NCBI GenBank assembly: GCA_937952265.1
Contig: CALFYW010000016.1
Span: 13,086-77,085 of the forward strand
DNA from: an uncultured bacterium
GTDB taxonomy: Bacteria; Patescibacteriota; Minisyncoccia; Phycocordibacterales; GCA-2401445
Reading direction: 5' to 3'
DNA: 64,000 nucleotides
The position numbers and the translations under genes were made by a program. Position 1 is the stretch's first letter. Every line of letters begins with the position of its first letter. This document shows, piece after piece, positions 1-9,048 of this stretch. The notes below the pieces were generated by a model. It had not been told where the DNA came from. It worked only from the letters and a program-made list of their open reading frames with translations, and searched no databases.

Positions 1-2
1 GT

Positions 3-665
3 ATCAAATGGGTATTAGGAAGCGCGCTTACGATGCCTTCTGTCCAGAAACATAAAGACTTAAAGATATTGTTAGAGCGCGCGCATAATACCCTTCGAGC
101 TATTATGAATATCACCAACCAACTCTTGAGCGCAATTCAAATATCTGCAAGTGAATTTGCTGAACAACGCGAAAATCTCGATATCGAATCAATGGCTCGT
201 GAATTGATCACGGAAAACAAACTCCTTGCGCAGAGTCGAGATGTTGACCTCATCTTATGCAAAAAGAAAAATATCATTCCAAGTATCAAAGGGAATCGCG
301 AACAAGTTCGACTTATTCTCCAGAACCTTGTTGCAAATGCAATATATTACAGCCCATCGAATCAAAAAATAGAGATCGTGCTTGATCATGAAGATGCGTT
401 TGTATACGCCCATGTTATTGACCACGGAATTGGTATTCCTGATGAAGAAAAACACCTGGTATTTGAGCGATTCTTCCGAGGCAGCAACGCAACTCGTGTG
501 CGGACTGAAGGATCAGGCCTCGGGCTCAATCTTGCCAAAAATATCGCGCTCCATCATGGCGGAGATATTACTTTCAAGAGTAAACCTGATGAAGAGACCG
601 CATTCACAGTCTCTTTCCCAATACCGCGTGAAGGAGAACTTGAAACATTTATCGCACCCAAATAG
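3..665 (+). CDS. Sensor histidine kinase, C-terminal part (5' end outside window)
   Basis: HATPase motifs: N box QNLVANAIYYS, G1 DHGIGI, F box FERFFR, G2 GSGLGL. Frame is open back to the window start (IKWVLG...). Confidence 0.9.
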   Translation: MKWVLGSALTMPSVQKHKDLKILLERAHNTLRAIMNITNQLLSAIQISASEFAEQRENLDIESMARELITENKLLAQSRDVDLILCKKKNIIPSIKGNREQVRLILQNLVANAIYYSPSNQKIEIVLDHEDAFVYAHVIDHGIGIPDEEKHLVFERFFRGSNATRVRTEGSGLGLNLAKNIALHHGGDITFKSKPDEETAFTVSFPIPREGELETFIAPK

Positions 666-670
666 CTATC

Positions 671-1384
671 ATGGTTTTTAGTATTTCAAGTATTATTATG
701 GCAGTCAGCGCCTTTATGGTAATGTTTTTCTCCTATACCAGATATGAAATTTTCCAACGAAATAGATCAAATAAAATTACCTTCTTTTTTTGGTGTGCCT
801 CATCCGCTTTTAGTCTCGCCTTGCTACTCTACGCCCTATCTGGTGTACTTCTAACAACGGATACCTCTCTACTTTCCTCTTTCATCGTAAGCATCGCACT
901 TATCATTACTTCGATCGGTATTGGGTTCTTTCTCATGATTCCGTTTTATAGCTGGGGATCAGCGTATTTCTTCGTTTTCGCCAAATATAGTATCTATCTC
1001 TTTTTGCTTTCCCATATTGGCTTCCTCCTTATTTACCCCCCTGCACCATACACTGATCTCTTCGGAATCACTCATTGGGGTATCCATGCATATCTAAAAT
1101 GGATACTGGGCACTTTCTATCTTTTACCCTTCGTATTTAATATCGTTCTATTAGTGAAATTTTTACTACACGCTCCAAAGAAATTCCAAAAAAACACCAG
1201 TACCCTTATTATTGCGTTCTTATTAACAGGAATTGGTGGGAGTTACCAATACATTGGAGATGACACTACGCTACTCACTGCTTCGCTACTCACCATACTT
1301 CTTGGTAGTATCATACTTCTTTACAACACTTTCATAACGCGCTCGTACATGAAAGAGAAAGATTTTATGGCACACCATGGGTAA
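671..1384 (+). CDS. Multi-pass membrane protein (about 7 TM), possibly a sensor-type domain
   Basis: 237 aa with about seven hydrophobic segments; 5 nt after the kinase stop. Confidence 0.7.
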   Translation: MVFSISSIIMAVSAFMVMFFSYTRYEIFQRNRSNKITFFFWCASSAFSLALLLYALSGVLLTTDTSLLSSFIVSIALIITSIGIGFFLMIPFYSWGSAYFFVFAKYSIYLFLLSHIGFLLIYPPAPYTDLFGITHWGIHAYLKWILGTFYLLPFVFNIVLLVKFLLHAPKKFQKNTSTLIIAFLLTGIGGSYQYIGDDTTLLTASLLTILLGSIILLYNTFITRSYMKEKDFMAHHG

Positions 1385-1486
1385 GATTAAAAAATCATGT
1401 TATATACAAGCAATCAACAGCATATCCACGAAAAATGAGAAAAAATAGATTGACAAAAGCAACTATTATGCAAGAATTAAACTAAC

Positions 1487-1671
1487 GATTATCCATTCTT
1501 TTGAGAGGGTTCCGAACAAATAATTTATTCTCATTATGGGTTCATATAGCATGTATCCGAGGATACATGCTGCGAACACCACATTTGCGAGACATGCGGA
1601 TCCATTCTCTCTTAATGAAGAGGAGTGATCGGGGTCAGAAAATCTCTGTGTGGAAAACACGGAGATTTTCT
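1487..1671 (+). ncRNA. Candidate structured ncRNA (rod with internal bubble, 6S-like) ending in a terminator-like hairpin
   Basis: TTGACA at 1450-1455; nested pairings 1487-1491/1626-1630, 1503-1514/1597-1609, 1548-1557/1562-1571; terminal hairpin 1637-1671. Confidence 0.45.
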
Positions 1672-1740
1672 TAATTTAAGAATTTGCTTTTTTAATAATT
1701 CTCATGTAGGCTCTTCATTAGAAAACAAAGGAGGTGCAAC

Positions 1741-2067
1741 ATGGATTCGAGCGAGACCAAACCCCTTCTCAATAACATAGAGAAATACTACCAAGGGCAG
1801 AATATCGATACGGACATTCTTTGTGATCTCATTTCCTTGTTCACAGAGCTGGTACGAAATAATGATGACTTTAGTCTTTCTCTCCCCCAATTGAAAAGAC
1901 CTCGGTCATCGGCACAGCTCTTTCTCATCACTCATCGGATGATCATTAGAGTAATAGAAGATGATAACGAATGTTTAATCTTTATTACGGATAATTTAAT
2001 TCCGTATTTCCTCACACGGATCGCGGAGAAAATCAAATCCGACACACCGATTAAATGTGTCGGTTAG
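1741..2067 (+). CDS. Hypothetical protein
   Basis: 108 aa ORF with strong AGGAGG upstream and a hairpin terminator downstream. Confidence 0.65.
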   Translation: MDSSETKPLLNNIEKYYQGQNIDTDILCDLISLFTELVRNNDDFSLSLPQLKRPRSSAQLFLITHRMIIRVIEDDNECLIFITDNLIPYFLTRIAEKIKSDTPIKCVG

Positions 2068-2075
2068 CATGAGCA

Positions 2076-2100
2076 AGCGGCCTTATGGCCGCTCTTTTTT
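2076..2100 (+). terminator. Intrinsic terminator
   Basis: AGCGGCC-TTAT-GGCCGCT followed by a T run, between convergent genes. Confidence 0.7.
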
Positions 2101-2101
2101 C

Positions 2102-3289
2102 TTATTTCTCAATCCCCATATCGAGAATGAGACCGCCCCAGGTAAACTGCTTTGCACCAAGACCTGTTCCATTATGCGGATTAAAATTTTCTCGAAATCC
2201 TGATTTCTCAATCAACGCAAGCGATTTTTGAGCAAGCTCTTTCGCGATATCATTAAAGCCATACTTCCGGAGACCGTGGTATACAAACCAATTAGAAGCA
2301 AACCACGTAGGGCCTCGCCAGAACCCGTGTGGATTAAAAGATGGCTCATCTAAAGACACCGTTGGGATTGGGTATGTTGTCCAAAACTCTTTTTCATTCA
2401 ACAGGTGTTCCTCAACAAGACGCCGGGCATCTTCTTTCTCACATATTTCCCCAAAGAGCGGTGCGAAGATAGCCCATGTCTTTACTTTGATACTTCGATA
2501 GTCTTCTCCAAAGGTGGACCAAAAAATTCCATCTTGAAACATGAGTTTCCGCATTGACTCAATAATTTCCTCTCGGGCTCGATTAAAATAATTAGCATCA
2601 TACGCGCGACCTAACTTGTCTGCGATGTGGGCAAGTGCGGCCAAATTTTCAACCATAATTGAGTTAAAAGGAACATCTTTAACCCAAAAAAAGTTTTTCA
2701 TGCAGAAAGGCGCATCAAAATTACATTTCTTATTTTCTTTAACCAGCGCTAAGCGTTTTTCCAGATTTTCCTCTAGAGAATGTACTGGTGGAAGATTAAG
2801 AAGATGATCAAACCGAGGTGAGTCGTCTTCTCCTGATTCATCAGGGTTAATGATTCCGATTAAATTCCGCTCATGTGGATCACGCTCATTGATCAAGTAT
2901 TTATAAAAATGAAACAAATTTCGATATACTTCTTCTAAAAATTTTTCATCCCCATCACATTCAAAGATACGTCGTACCGCGTAGGCAAGCATTGGAGGTT
3001 GAGTAATACTTGAGGTTCCTTCAGTACCCCAATCAAAATTAATCACATCCCCTTCCTCCCAATAAATAATATGGGGTATCATTCCATTATCAAACTGGCG
3101 GGCTAATAGTGAACGGATTTCTTTCTTTGCACTTTGGAGATCAAAATAAGAAAGAATGATTGCATGAAAACACGAATCCCATAGCCATTGATACGGGTAC
3201 GCGGTCGGAGATGGAACCGTATACTGATAGGTATCTGTAACGCGCCGATTTGCTTGGAAGATTTTTTCTACATCAGATTGGAATCCCAT
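2102..3289 (-). CDS. Glycoside hydrolase, GH63/MGH1-like (trehalase / glucosylglycerate hydrolase-like)
   Basis: Motifs YPYQWLWDSCF, ITQPP, PDESGEDDSPRFD, FWRGPTW, FRENFNP..G.G. Confidence 0.85.
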   Translation of the reverse strand: MGFQSDVEKIFQANRRVTDTYQYTVPSPTAYPYQWLWDSCFHAIILSYFDLQSAKKEIRSLLARQFDNGMIPHIIYWEEGDVINFDWGTEGTSSITQPPMLAYAVRRIFECDGDEKFLEEVYRNLFHFYKYLINERDPHERNLIGIINPDESGEDDSPRFDHLLNLPPVHSLEENLEKRLALVKENKKCNFDAPFCMKNFFWVKDVPFNSIMVENLAALAHIADKLGRAYDANYFNRAREEIIESMRKLMFQDGIFWSTFGEDYRSIKVKTWAIFAPLFGEICEKEDARRLVEEHLLNEKEFWTTYPIPTVSLDEPSFNPHGFWRGPTWFASNWFVYHGLRKYGFNDIAKELAQKSLALIEKSGFRENFNPHNGTGLGAKQFTWGGLILDMGIEK

Positions 3290-3336
3290 ATTTTTCTATC
3301 TTACCATACCCTCTTAATGGACCAATCTTTAAAAAC

Positions 3337-3360
3337 AAAACCCCGCATACGCGGGGTTTT
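3337..3360 (-). terminator. Intrinsic terminator
   Basis: AAAACCCCGC-ATAC-GCGGGGTTTT just downstream of the DUF378 gene. Confidence 0.75.
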
Positions 3361-3374
3361 GGAAGGACTATATC

Positions 3375-3605
3375 CTACATACCCATTCCTTGGGGCATAC
3401 CATTATCGCGCGTGCATGCTTTGCAAGTGCTTTTGTGGGTAAAAATCTCCACCACAGCTGCAAGACCAACAAGAATATAGATCACTTGTGCAACACCCCC
3501 TGGAAGCTTGGCAACAAGATTCCAGTCCATATTGATTCCATAAAGGAGCCAATTAAGACCTCCAATAATAAGGAGGATGAATGCAACTACATGTAAACCT
3601 TTCAT
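3375..3605 (-). CDS. DUF378 family small membrane protein
   Basis: LLIIGGLNW...IYILVGLAA signature. Confidence 0.85.
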   Translation of the reverse strand: MKGLHVVAFILLIIGGLNWLLYGINMDWNLVAKLPGGVAQVIYILVGLAAVVEIFTHKSTCKACTRDNGMPQGMGM

Positions 3606-3690
3606 AGGTTATGCAATCTAAAAATTTGTCTAATAAAAATCGACTTTTTATTGCATCTTTATCATATCGCCCATCAAGGAATGCGTCTAT

Positions 3691-4131
3691 ATGAGTAATA
3701 CACAGGTAGATTTTTCTATTACGATCGCTATAATAGTGGTTATTATGCATGTAATATATAAACACACTGGCCTTATTATCGGATTAATTATCTTTTGTTC
3801 AGTTGGGCTTATTATTTTTACGCAGATACAACCTGGAAAACTCGATGCATTCGCGCAATGTATTGCCGAAAGTGAAGCTCAATTCTATGGAGCATTCTGG
3901 TGTCAGCACTGCGAAAACCAAAAGGCTCTGTTTGGAAAATCAGAAAGACTGCTCCCTTATATTGAATGCTCTACTCCCGATGGCAATAACCAACTACCTC
4001 GATGCACCGATGCGGGTATTAGCGCGTATCCAACATGGCGTTTCAGTGATGGGAGTGAGTTCATCGAAGTACTCTCTCTCGAAGCATTGAGTGAAAAAAC
4101 GGGATGTCAAATCCCCAGTCCTGAAGCATAG
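3691..4131 (+). CDS. Membrane-anchored thioredoxin-like protein (type associated with VKOR/DsbB); true start may be near 3745
   Basis: FYGAFWCQHC (CxxC), YIEC, I.AYPTW cis-Pro loop. Confidence 0.85.
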   Translation: MSNTQVDFSITIAIIVVIMHVIYKHTGLIIGLIIFCSVGLIIFTQIQPGKLDAFAQCIAESEAQFYGAFWCQHCENQKALFGKSERLLPYIECSTPDGNNQLPRCTDAGISAYPTWRFSDGSEFIEVLSLEALSEKTGCQIPSPEA

Positions 4132-4133
4132 GT

Positions 4134-4694
4134 ATGATTGAACTCTCTCAAATTCTTGCCTCTTTTACACTTATTGCCATTGTTGGGCTCCTATGCTGGT
4201 TTGTTATGTTTTTCTTGGCAAGAATTACGGGAACCTATGATCAGTTCCAAGAATCAGCCCTCATGAGGTTTATTGGTCGCAATGGAGTACTCTTTGCCTT
4301 CATCGTGGCTCTTGGTGCAACCGTAATGAGTCTCTACTATTCTGAAATTCGTGGTTTTACTCCGTGCAAACTCTGCTGGATTCAGCGCATTTTTATCTAC
4401 CCTCAGGTAATTATTCTTGGTATTGCGCTATGGAAGGGAGAACGGCACGCGGTGCGTTTCTATAGTGGCGCTCTCGCCATCTTAGGAATCTGTGTTTCTC
4501 TATTCCATTATTATCTACAACAAGGAGGAACCCTTATCACAACCGACTGCTCTATTCTTGGGTCTGCTACGGAATCGTGTTCAAAAATCCTTATCCTTCA
4601 TTACGGCTTTATTACCTTCCCCTTAATGGCGTTAGTAGCCGGTATTCTTATATACGTATGTATGGCCTTTTTGAAGGAGACACCTCACTATTGA
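4134..4694 (+). CDS. dsbB: Disulfide bond formation protein B (BdbC/DsbB family)
   Basis: SLYYSE...PCKLCWIQRIFIYP, a second Cys pair, GFITFP. Confidence 0.85.
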   Translation: MIELSQILASFTLIAIVGLLCWFVMFFLARITGTYDQFQESALMRFIGRNGVLFAFIVALGATVMSLYYSEIRGFTPCKLCWIQRIFIYPQVIILGIALWKGERHAVRFYSGALAILGICVSLFHYYLQQGGTLITTDCSILGSATESCSKILILHYGFITFPLMALVAGILIYVCMAFLKETPHY

Positions 4695-4697
4695 TCT

Positions 4698-5153
4698 ATG
4701 AGATCCTACCAATCATTACTTCAAAAAATAGACAGGGGTATTATCAGAATGAATGGAAACATTACATCTCTTCTGTCACGATGGGCTCTCTTTATTATCT
4801 TTTTCTGGTTCGGATTTCTTAAAGTAATATCAGTAAGTCCCGCGGACCCTTTGGTTGAGGCGCTTCTCAAAGAAACCCTTCCTTTTTCTTTTGAATACTT
4901 TATCGTTTTTCTAGGAATTTATGAAATGTGTATTGGTCTCCTCTTTGTTATTCCGCGATGTGAACGAATTGCTATTGCACTATTCATCCCACACATGATT
5001 ACCGCCTTCTTTCCACTTATACTACTTAAGGATATGACATGGGCGGGATCTTTTATTCCTACCCTTGAAGGTCAGTACATCATTAAAAATGGAGCCCTTA
5101 TCGCGCTCGTGGTAAGTGTCGCAAGCCGTCTTCGCCCATTATCAAAGTCATAA
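4698..5153 (+). CDS. DoxX/DUF417-like membrane protein
   Basis: FFWFGFLK..SPA and PTLEGQYIIKN motifs. Confidence 0.75.
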   Translation: MRSYQSLLQKIDRGIIRMNGNITSLLSRWALFIIFFWFGFLKVISVSPADPLVEALLKETLPFSFEYFIVFLGIYEMCIGLLFVIPRCERIAIALFIPHMITAFFPLILLKDMTWAGSFIPTLEGQYIIKNGALIALVVSVASRLRPLSKS

Positions 5154-5190
5154 AAAAAGAATCTGCGCTATTTTCTTTGAGCAGATTCTT

Positions 5191-5484
5191 TTATGTTTCT
5201 AAAAAGATCTCTTGGTGGGTAAAGAGATAATCAATCAGTACGGAAATAGCTATCCAATCCGTTTCACTGCGAAAAGAGGGAGTTGATACCATGGTGCAAT
5301 GCAATAAATTTTTTATTTCATTTAAAATTTTTGGAAGATCCCTCAAGGAAACCATTGCTGTTTCTTTTTCAAAATCTTCAGTATGAGAATTTGGTGTTAC
5401 TAGCACCAAACCGCTTCGAACCGCTTGCGCAATTTGATCTCGGGTAAATGACATAGGGCAAATATAGTATTTTTCAAAAAACAT
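5191..5484 (-). CDS. Hypothetical protein
   Basis: 97 aa ORF between two hairpins; no recognisable motif; start uncertain. Confidence 0.45.
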   Translation of the reverse strand: MFFEKYYICPMSFTRDQIAQAVRSGLVLVTPNSHTEDFEKETAMVSLRDLPKILNEIKNLLHCTMVSTPSFRSETDWIAISVLIDYLFTHQEIFLET

Positions 5485-5560
5485 TTCTCTTACATTGATA
5501 ACTATTGATTTCTGATCAAGAGTTAATTCTTTCTTTAGAATACTCCATTTACACTCAAAT

Positions 5561-5591
5561 GAAAACCACCCCTTTCGAAGGGGTGGTTTTC
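5561..5591 (-). terminator. Intrinsic terminator
   Basis: GAAAACCACCCCTT-TCG-AAGGGGTGGTTTTC perfect hairpin downstream of the RRM gene. Confidence 0.8.
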
Positions 5592-5620
5592 TTATTAAAA
5601 ATAAGTAGTGTTACTTATTT

Positions 5621-5896
5621 TTAATAGCTATTTGACGGTTTTCGCTCACTCATCGGTCGAGCTTCGCTTACAGAGATTGAACGTCCTTCAAAATCAGTTC
5701 CGTTTAATGTTTCAACAGCGCGGTCTGCGTCTGCATCATTTGCCATTTCGACAAAACCGAATCCTCGAGAACGACCAGTAACACGATCGGTAATAATATT
5801 TACAGAGGCTACTTCGCCTACTTTTGTAAATACTTCCCGAAGCGCATCCTCAGTAGAACTATAAGGGATTCCGCCAATATAAAGCTTCTTTGCCAT
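5621..5896 (-). CDS. RNA recognition motif (RRM) RNA-binding protein
   Basis: RNP2 KLYIGGI and RNP1 RGFGFVEM; start reassigned to MAKKLY. Confidence 0.93.
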   Translation of the reverse strand: MAKKLYIGGIPYSSTEDALREVFTKVGEVASVNIITDRVTGRSRGFGFVEMANDADADRAVETLNGTDFEGRSISVSEARPMSERKPSNSY

Positions 5897-6007
5897 GTAT
5901 AATTTCAAAAAGCTACTTGATATACGTAGTGCGACCTTCTCACCGATAATCGCACGACACAAGGCACTGCCTGGAAGGGAATCTCGTTGAGACTAACTAC
6001 ACCTAGT

Positions 6008-6036
6008 AGTATACCCCATTATTATTAAAAAAGCAA
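6008..6036 (-). promoter_or_regulatory. sigma70-type promoter of the RRM gene
   Basis: TTGCTT-17 nt-TATACT on the minus strand. Confidence 0.6.
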
Positions 6037-6081
6037 GTCTTCAAAATACGGCTTGTTCATTAGGCCTAGCTTCGATACAAT

Positions 6082-7407
6082 ATGCGTATGTTTGAGAAGC
6101 TGCGCCATATTGCTACTGATCCTTATCGTGGTGTGCGTGATTTCTATCCCGAAGACCAGGCAGTACATAACTATCTGCTTCACACCATGCGGACCAGTAT
6201 GGAGCGTTTTGGATACGAAGAGTATCATGCTTCAATTTTGGAACCAGCAGAACTCTATCGAGCGAAGACGAGTGAGGAGATCGTGAGCGAACAGACCTAT
6301 ACCTTTACTGACCGGGGCAACAGAGAGGTTACCCTGCGTCCTGAAATGACGCCCACCACCGCACGAATGGTTTCCGCCCGAAGAAGAGACCTCGCATTTC
6401 CCCTTCGATGGTTTTCAGTTGCAAACGTATTCCGATATGAACGGCCTCAGCGCGGACGTCTTCGAGAACACTGGCAACTCAACGCTGATTTTTTCGGACT
6501 TGAAGGGATACACGCAGAAACCGAAATTATCCATACCGCATCCTCAATACTTAATACATTAGGTCTTAAAGAAACTGACTTCTCAATACAAATCAATAAT
6601 CGTGCTATTCTCCGAGAACTCCTTATCGAAGGTATGGGAATATCAGAAGCATCTTTCTCAACCATCACACGTATTCTGGATAAAAGAGAAAAAGTCCATC
6701 CTCAAAATTTCAAGGCGGCTATTTTTGATGCTTTTGGAAAAGAGACCGCTCAAGCTGAACGATTCCTTTCTTTTCTTGATACGAAAGATCTTCATGGAAT
6801 TATTGCTACATTTTCAAACCATGAAGCACTAAAAGAGAAGTTGCGGGATACCGAGGAGCTTATTCACAACCTTTCACAGAAAGGGGTTACGAACGTGAAT
6901 TTTAATCGAGGACTTGCGCGTGGTTTTGACTACTATACGGGTATGATTTTTGAGATTTTTGATACTGATACAAAAAACAACCGGTCTCTTGCTGGGGGTG
7001 GCCGTTACGATAACCTCATTAAAACATTCAGCGGGCATGATATTCCTGCCGTTGGATTTGGTATGGGAGACGTTACTATAGCCCAAGCACTTGAATCACG
7101 GGGGCTTTTACCTCCTTATACCTCACAAACCACCCTTTATCTCTGTATCGCCCAAACTGGGGCATTGCCTTACGCAGAGAAGGTTGCAGCGATGTTGCGA
7201 GACGCGCATATTAATACCGCAATTGACTTCACCGGAAAGAAAATTGGTGACCAGATACGTTACGCGGTTCGACACCATATTCCATATATCGCCTGTATTG
7301 GAGACCAGGAAGTTTCTTCAAAAAAGATAGTAGTGAAAAACCTCAAAGAAGAATCCGAGAAAACAGTCCCTGAAGACGAACTCATTACGTATTTAACACA
7401 TGAATGA
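6082..7407 (+). CDS. hisS: Histidine--tRNA ligase
   Basis: RGVRDF, LRPEMT, FRYERPQRGRLRE, RGFDYYTG, GGGRYD. Confidence 0.97.
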   Translation: MRMFEKLRHIATDPYRGVRDFYPEDQAVHNYLLHTMRTSMERFGYEEYHASILEPAELYRAKTSEEIVSEQTYTFTDRGNREVTLRPEMTPTTARMVSARRRDLAFPLRWFSVANVFRYERPQRGRLREHWQLNADFFGLEGIHAETEIIHTASSILNTLGLKETDFSIQINNRAILRELLIEGMGISEASFSTITRILDKREKVHPQNFKAAIFDAFGKETAQAERFLSFLDTKDLHGIIATFSNHEALKEKLRDTEELIHNLSQKGVTNVNFNRGLARGFDYYTGMIFEIFDTDTKNNRSLAGGGRYDNLIKTFSGHDIPAVGFGMGDVTIAQALESRGLLPPYTSQTTLYLCIAQTGALPYAEKVAAMLRDAHINTAIDFTGKKIGDQIRYAVRHHIPYIACIGDQEVSSKKIVVKNLKEESEKTVPEDELITYLTHE

Positions 7408-7988
7408 TTATGCGGAAAATTACTTTTGATATTGAAACGAGTAATCAATTTTCAGATGTCGGTAGCTCAGATCCCGCAGACCTCGACCTTTCAATTATTT
7501 GTATTCATGATTCTCTTGGTGACGAGTTTAAAAGCTTTACCCAGGAAGAGCTTTCAAACCTTTGGCCAATCATTGAAAAAGCGGATATGCTGATTGGGTT
7601 TAATTCCGATCATTTTGATATTCCGCTTCTCAATAAATATTACGCGGGAGATCTTTCACGCATCAAAAGCCTCGACCTACTCAAAGAAGTGAAAAAATCT
7701 CTCGGACGACGAATTAAACTCGACACCCTTGCGCAGGGAACTTTAGGAAAAAAGAAAATCGGTAATGGTTTAGAGGCCCTAACGTGGTGGAAAAATGGCG
7801 AAGTGGAAAAAGTAAAAAAGTACTGTATTGAGGATGTTCGTATCACGAAAGAACTCTATGAATACGCCAAAAAAAATGGTTCCCTAAAATACCCGGATAT
7901 GGGAACGATCAAGGAAATACCCATTGATAGTAGCTCGTGGGAAAAGAAAGACACCTCGGGCGTACTCACATACACACTACCGTTTTAA
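7404..7988 (+). CDS. RNase H-like / DEDD exonuclease domain protein (YprB-like)
   Basis: FDIET, GFNSDHFDIP, YCIEDV acidic motifs. Confidence 0.8.
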   Translation: MIMRKITFDIETSNQFSDVGSSDPADLDLSIICIHDSLGDEFKSFTQEELSNLWPIIEKADMLIGFNSDHFDIPLLNKYYAGDLSRIKSLDLLKEVKKSLGRRIKLDTLAQGTLGKKKIGNGLEALTWWKNGEVEKVKKYCIEDVRITKELYEYAKKNGSLKYPDMGTIKEIPIDSSSWEKKDTSGVLTYTLPF

Positions 7989-7990
7989 GC

Positions 7991-9046
7991 CTAAATCCCC
8001 TCCTTGCGCAATTTTTCAATAAGCTCGCGCGCTTGTTTTGAGGTCTTGCGTGGTAGTTCAATGGAAACCGTAATCAAAAGATCACCTCGTTTTCCATGTT
8101 CATAAGGAACACCCTTACCACGGACACGCAATATCTCATCAAAGGAAACTCCTGCTGGTATCTTCACCTCAATAGTTTTTCCTTCAAGAGTTTCAACTAA
8201 ATAGACTCCCCCGAGTAGCGCGTCCGTAAGCTTAACCTTTAAATCCAGAAGTAGATTTGTGCCTTCTTTTTTGAAAGCACGATGAGGTTTAACTTGGACC
8301 TTAATGTATAAATCTCCCGAAACACCACCAGCAATAGCTTCGCCACTACCAGAGAGACGTATCATTTCTCCATTTTCGATACCTGATGGAATCTTAACAC
8401 GAATTTCTTCTTCACGACGATAGACTCCTGCTCCTTTACAAGTCGCGCATTTTTCTTTAGGAGTCTTACCGCTCCCGCGACAAAGTTCACAGACGCGCTC
8501 AGTGCTTAAGGTTCCAAAAATTGAACGTCTTGTTTCATGGATGCGCCCTTTCCCATTACATCGGGTACACGTCGTGAACTCTGCCCCTTTTTTAGCCCCA
8601 CTTCCCTCACACACCTCACATTGAGCTGTTTTAGCAAGAAGGATCTTTCGTTCAACTCCAAATACCGCTTCTTCAAAGGTAAGCTCAATACCAATTGAAA
8701 TATCACGACCTCGTTTTGTACGAGCACGAGCTCCACCAAAAAAATCACTAAAGATATCTCCGAGGTCAAAATCTTCTGCGGAAAACTGGGAAAAATCAAA
8801 CCCACCGAATCCTCCACCTGAAGGACCCGAACCTCCCCCAAAGACGCGACCATACGAGTCATACTCTGCGCGTTTTTTCTCGTCGGACAAGATGCTATAC
8901 GCCTCACTCACCTCTTTAAATTTCAACGGATCACCACCTTTTTTATCAGGGTGATATTTGTGGGCAAGTTTTCGAAATGCTTTCTTTATCTCATCTTTAG
9001 TCGCATTCTTCTCTATTCCTAAGATTTCGTAATAACTTTTATTCAT
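7991..9046 (-). CDS. dnaJ: Chaperone DnaJ
   Basis: J domain with HPD, G/F region, four CxxCxGxG repeats. Confidence 0.97.
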   Translation of the reverse strand: MNKSYYEILGIEKNATKDEIKKAFRKLAHKYHPDKKGGDPLKFKEVSEAYSILSDEKKRAEYDSYGRVFGGGSGPSGGGFGGFDFSQFSAEDFDLGDIFSDFFGGARARTKRGRDISIGIELTFEEAVFGVERKILLAKTAQCEVCEGSGAKKGAEFTTCTRCNGKGRIHETRRSIFGTLSTERVCELCRGSGKTPKEKCATCKGAGVYRREEEIRVKIPSGIENGEMIRLSGSGEAIAGGVSGDLYIKVQVKPHRAFKKEGTNLLLDLKVKLTDALLGGVYLVETLEGKTIEVKIPAGVSFDEILRVRGKGVPYEHGKRGDLLITVSIELPRKTSKQARELIEKLRKEGI

Positions 9047-9048
9047 AG

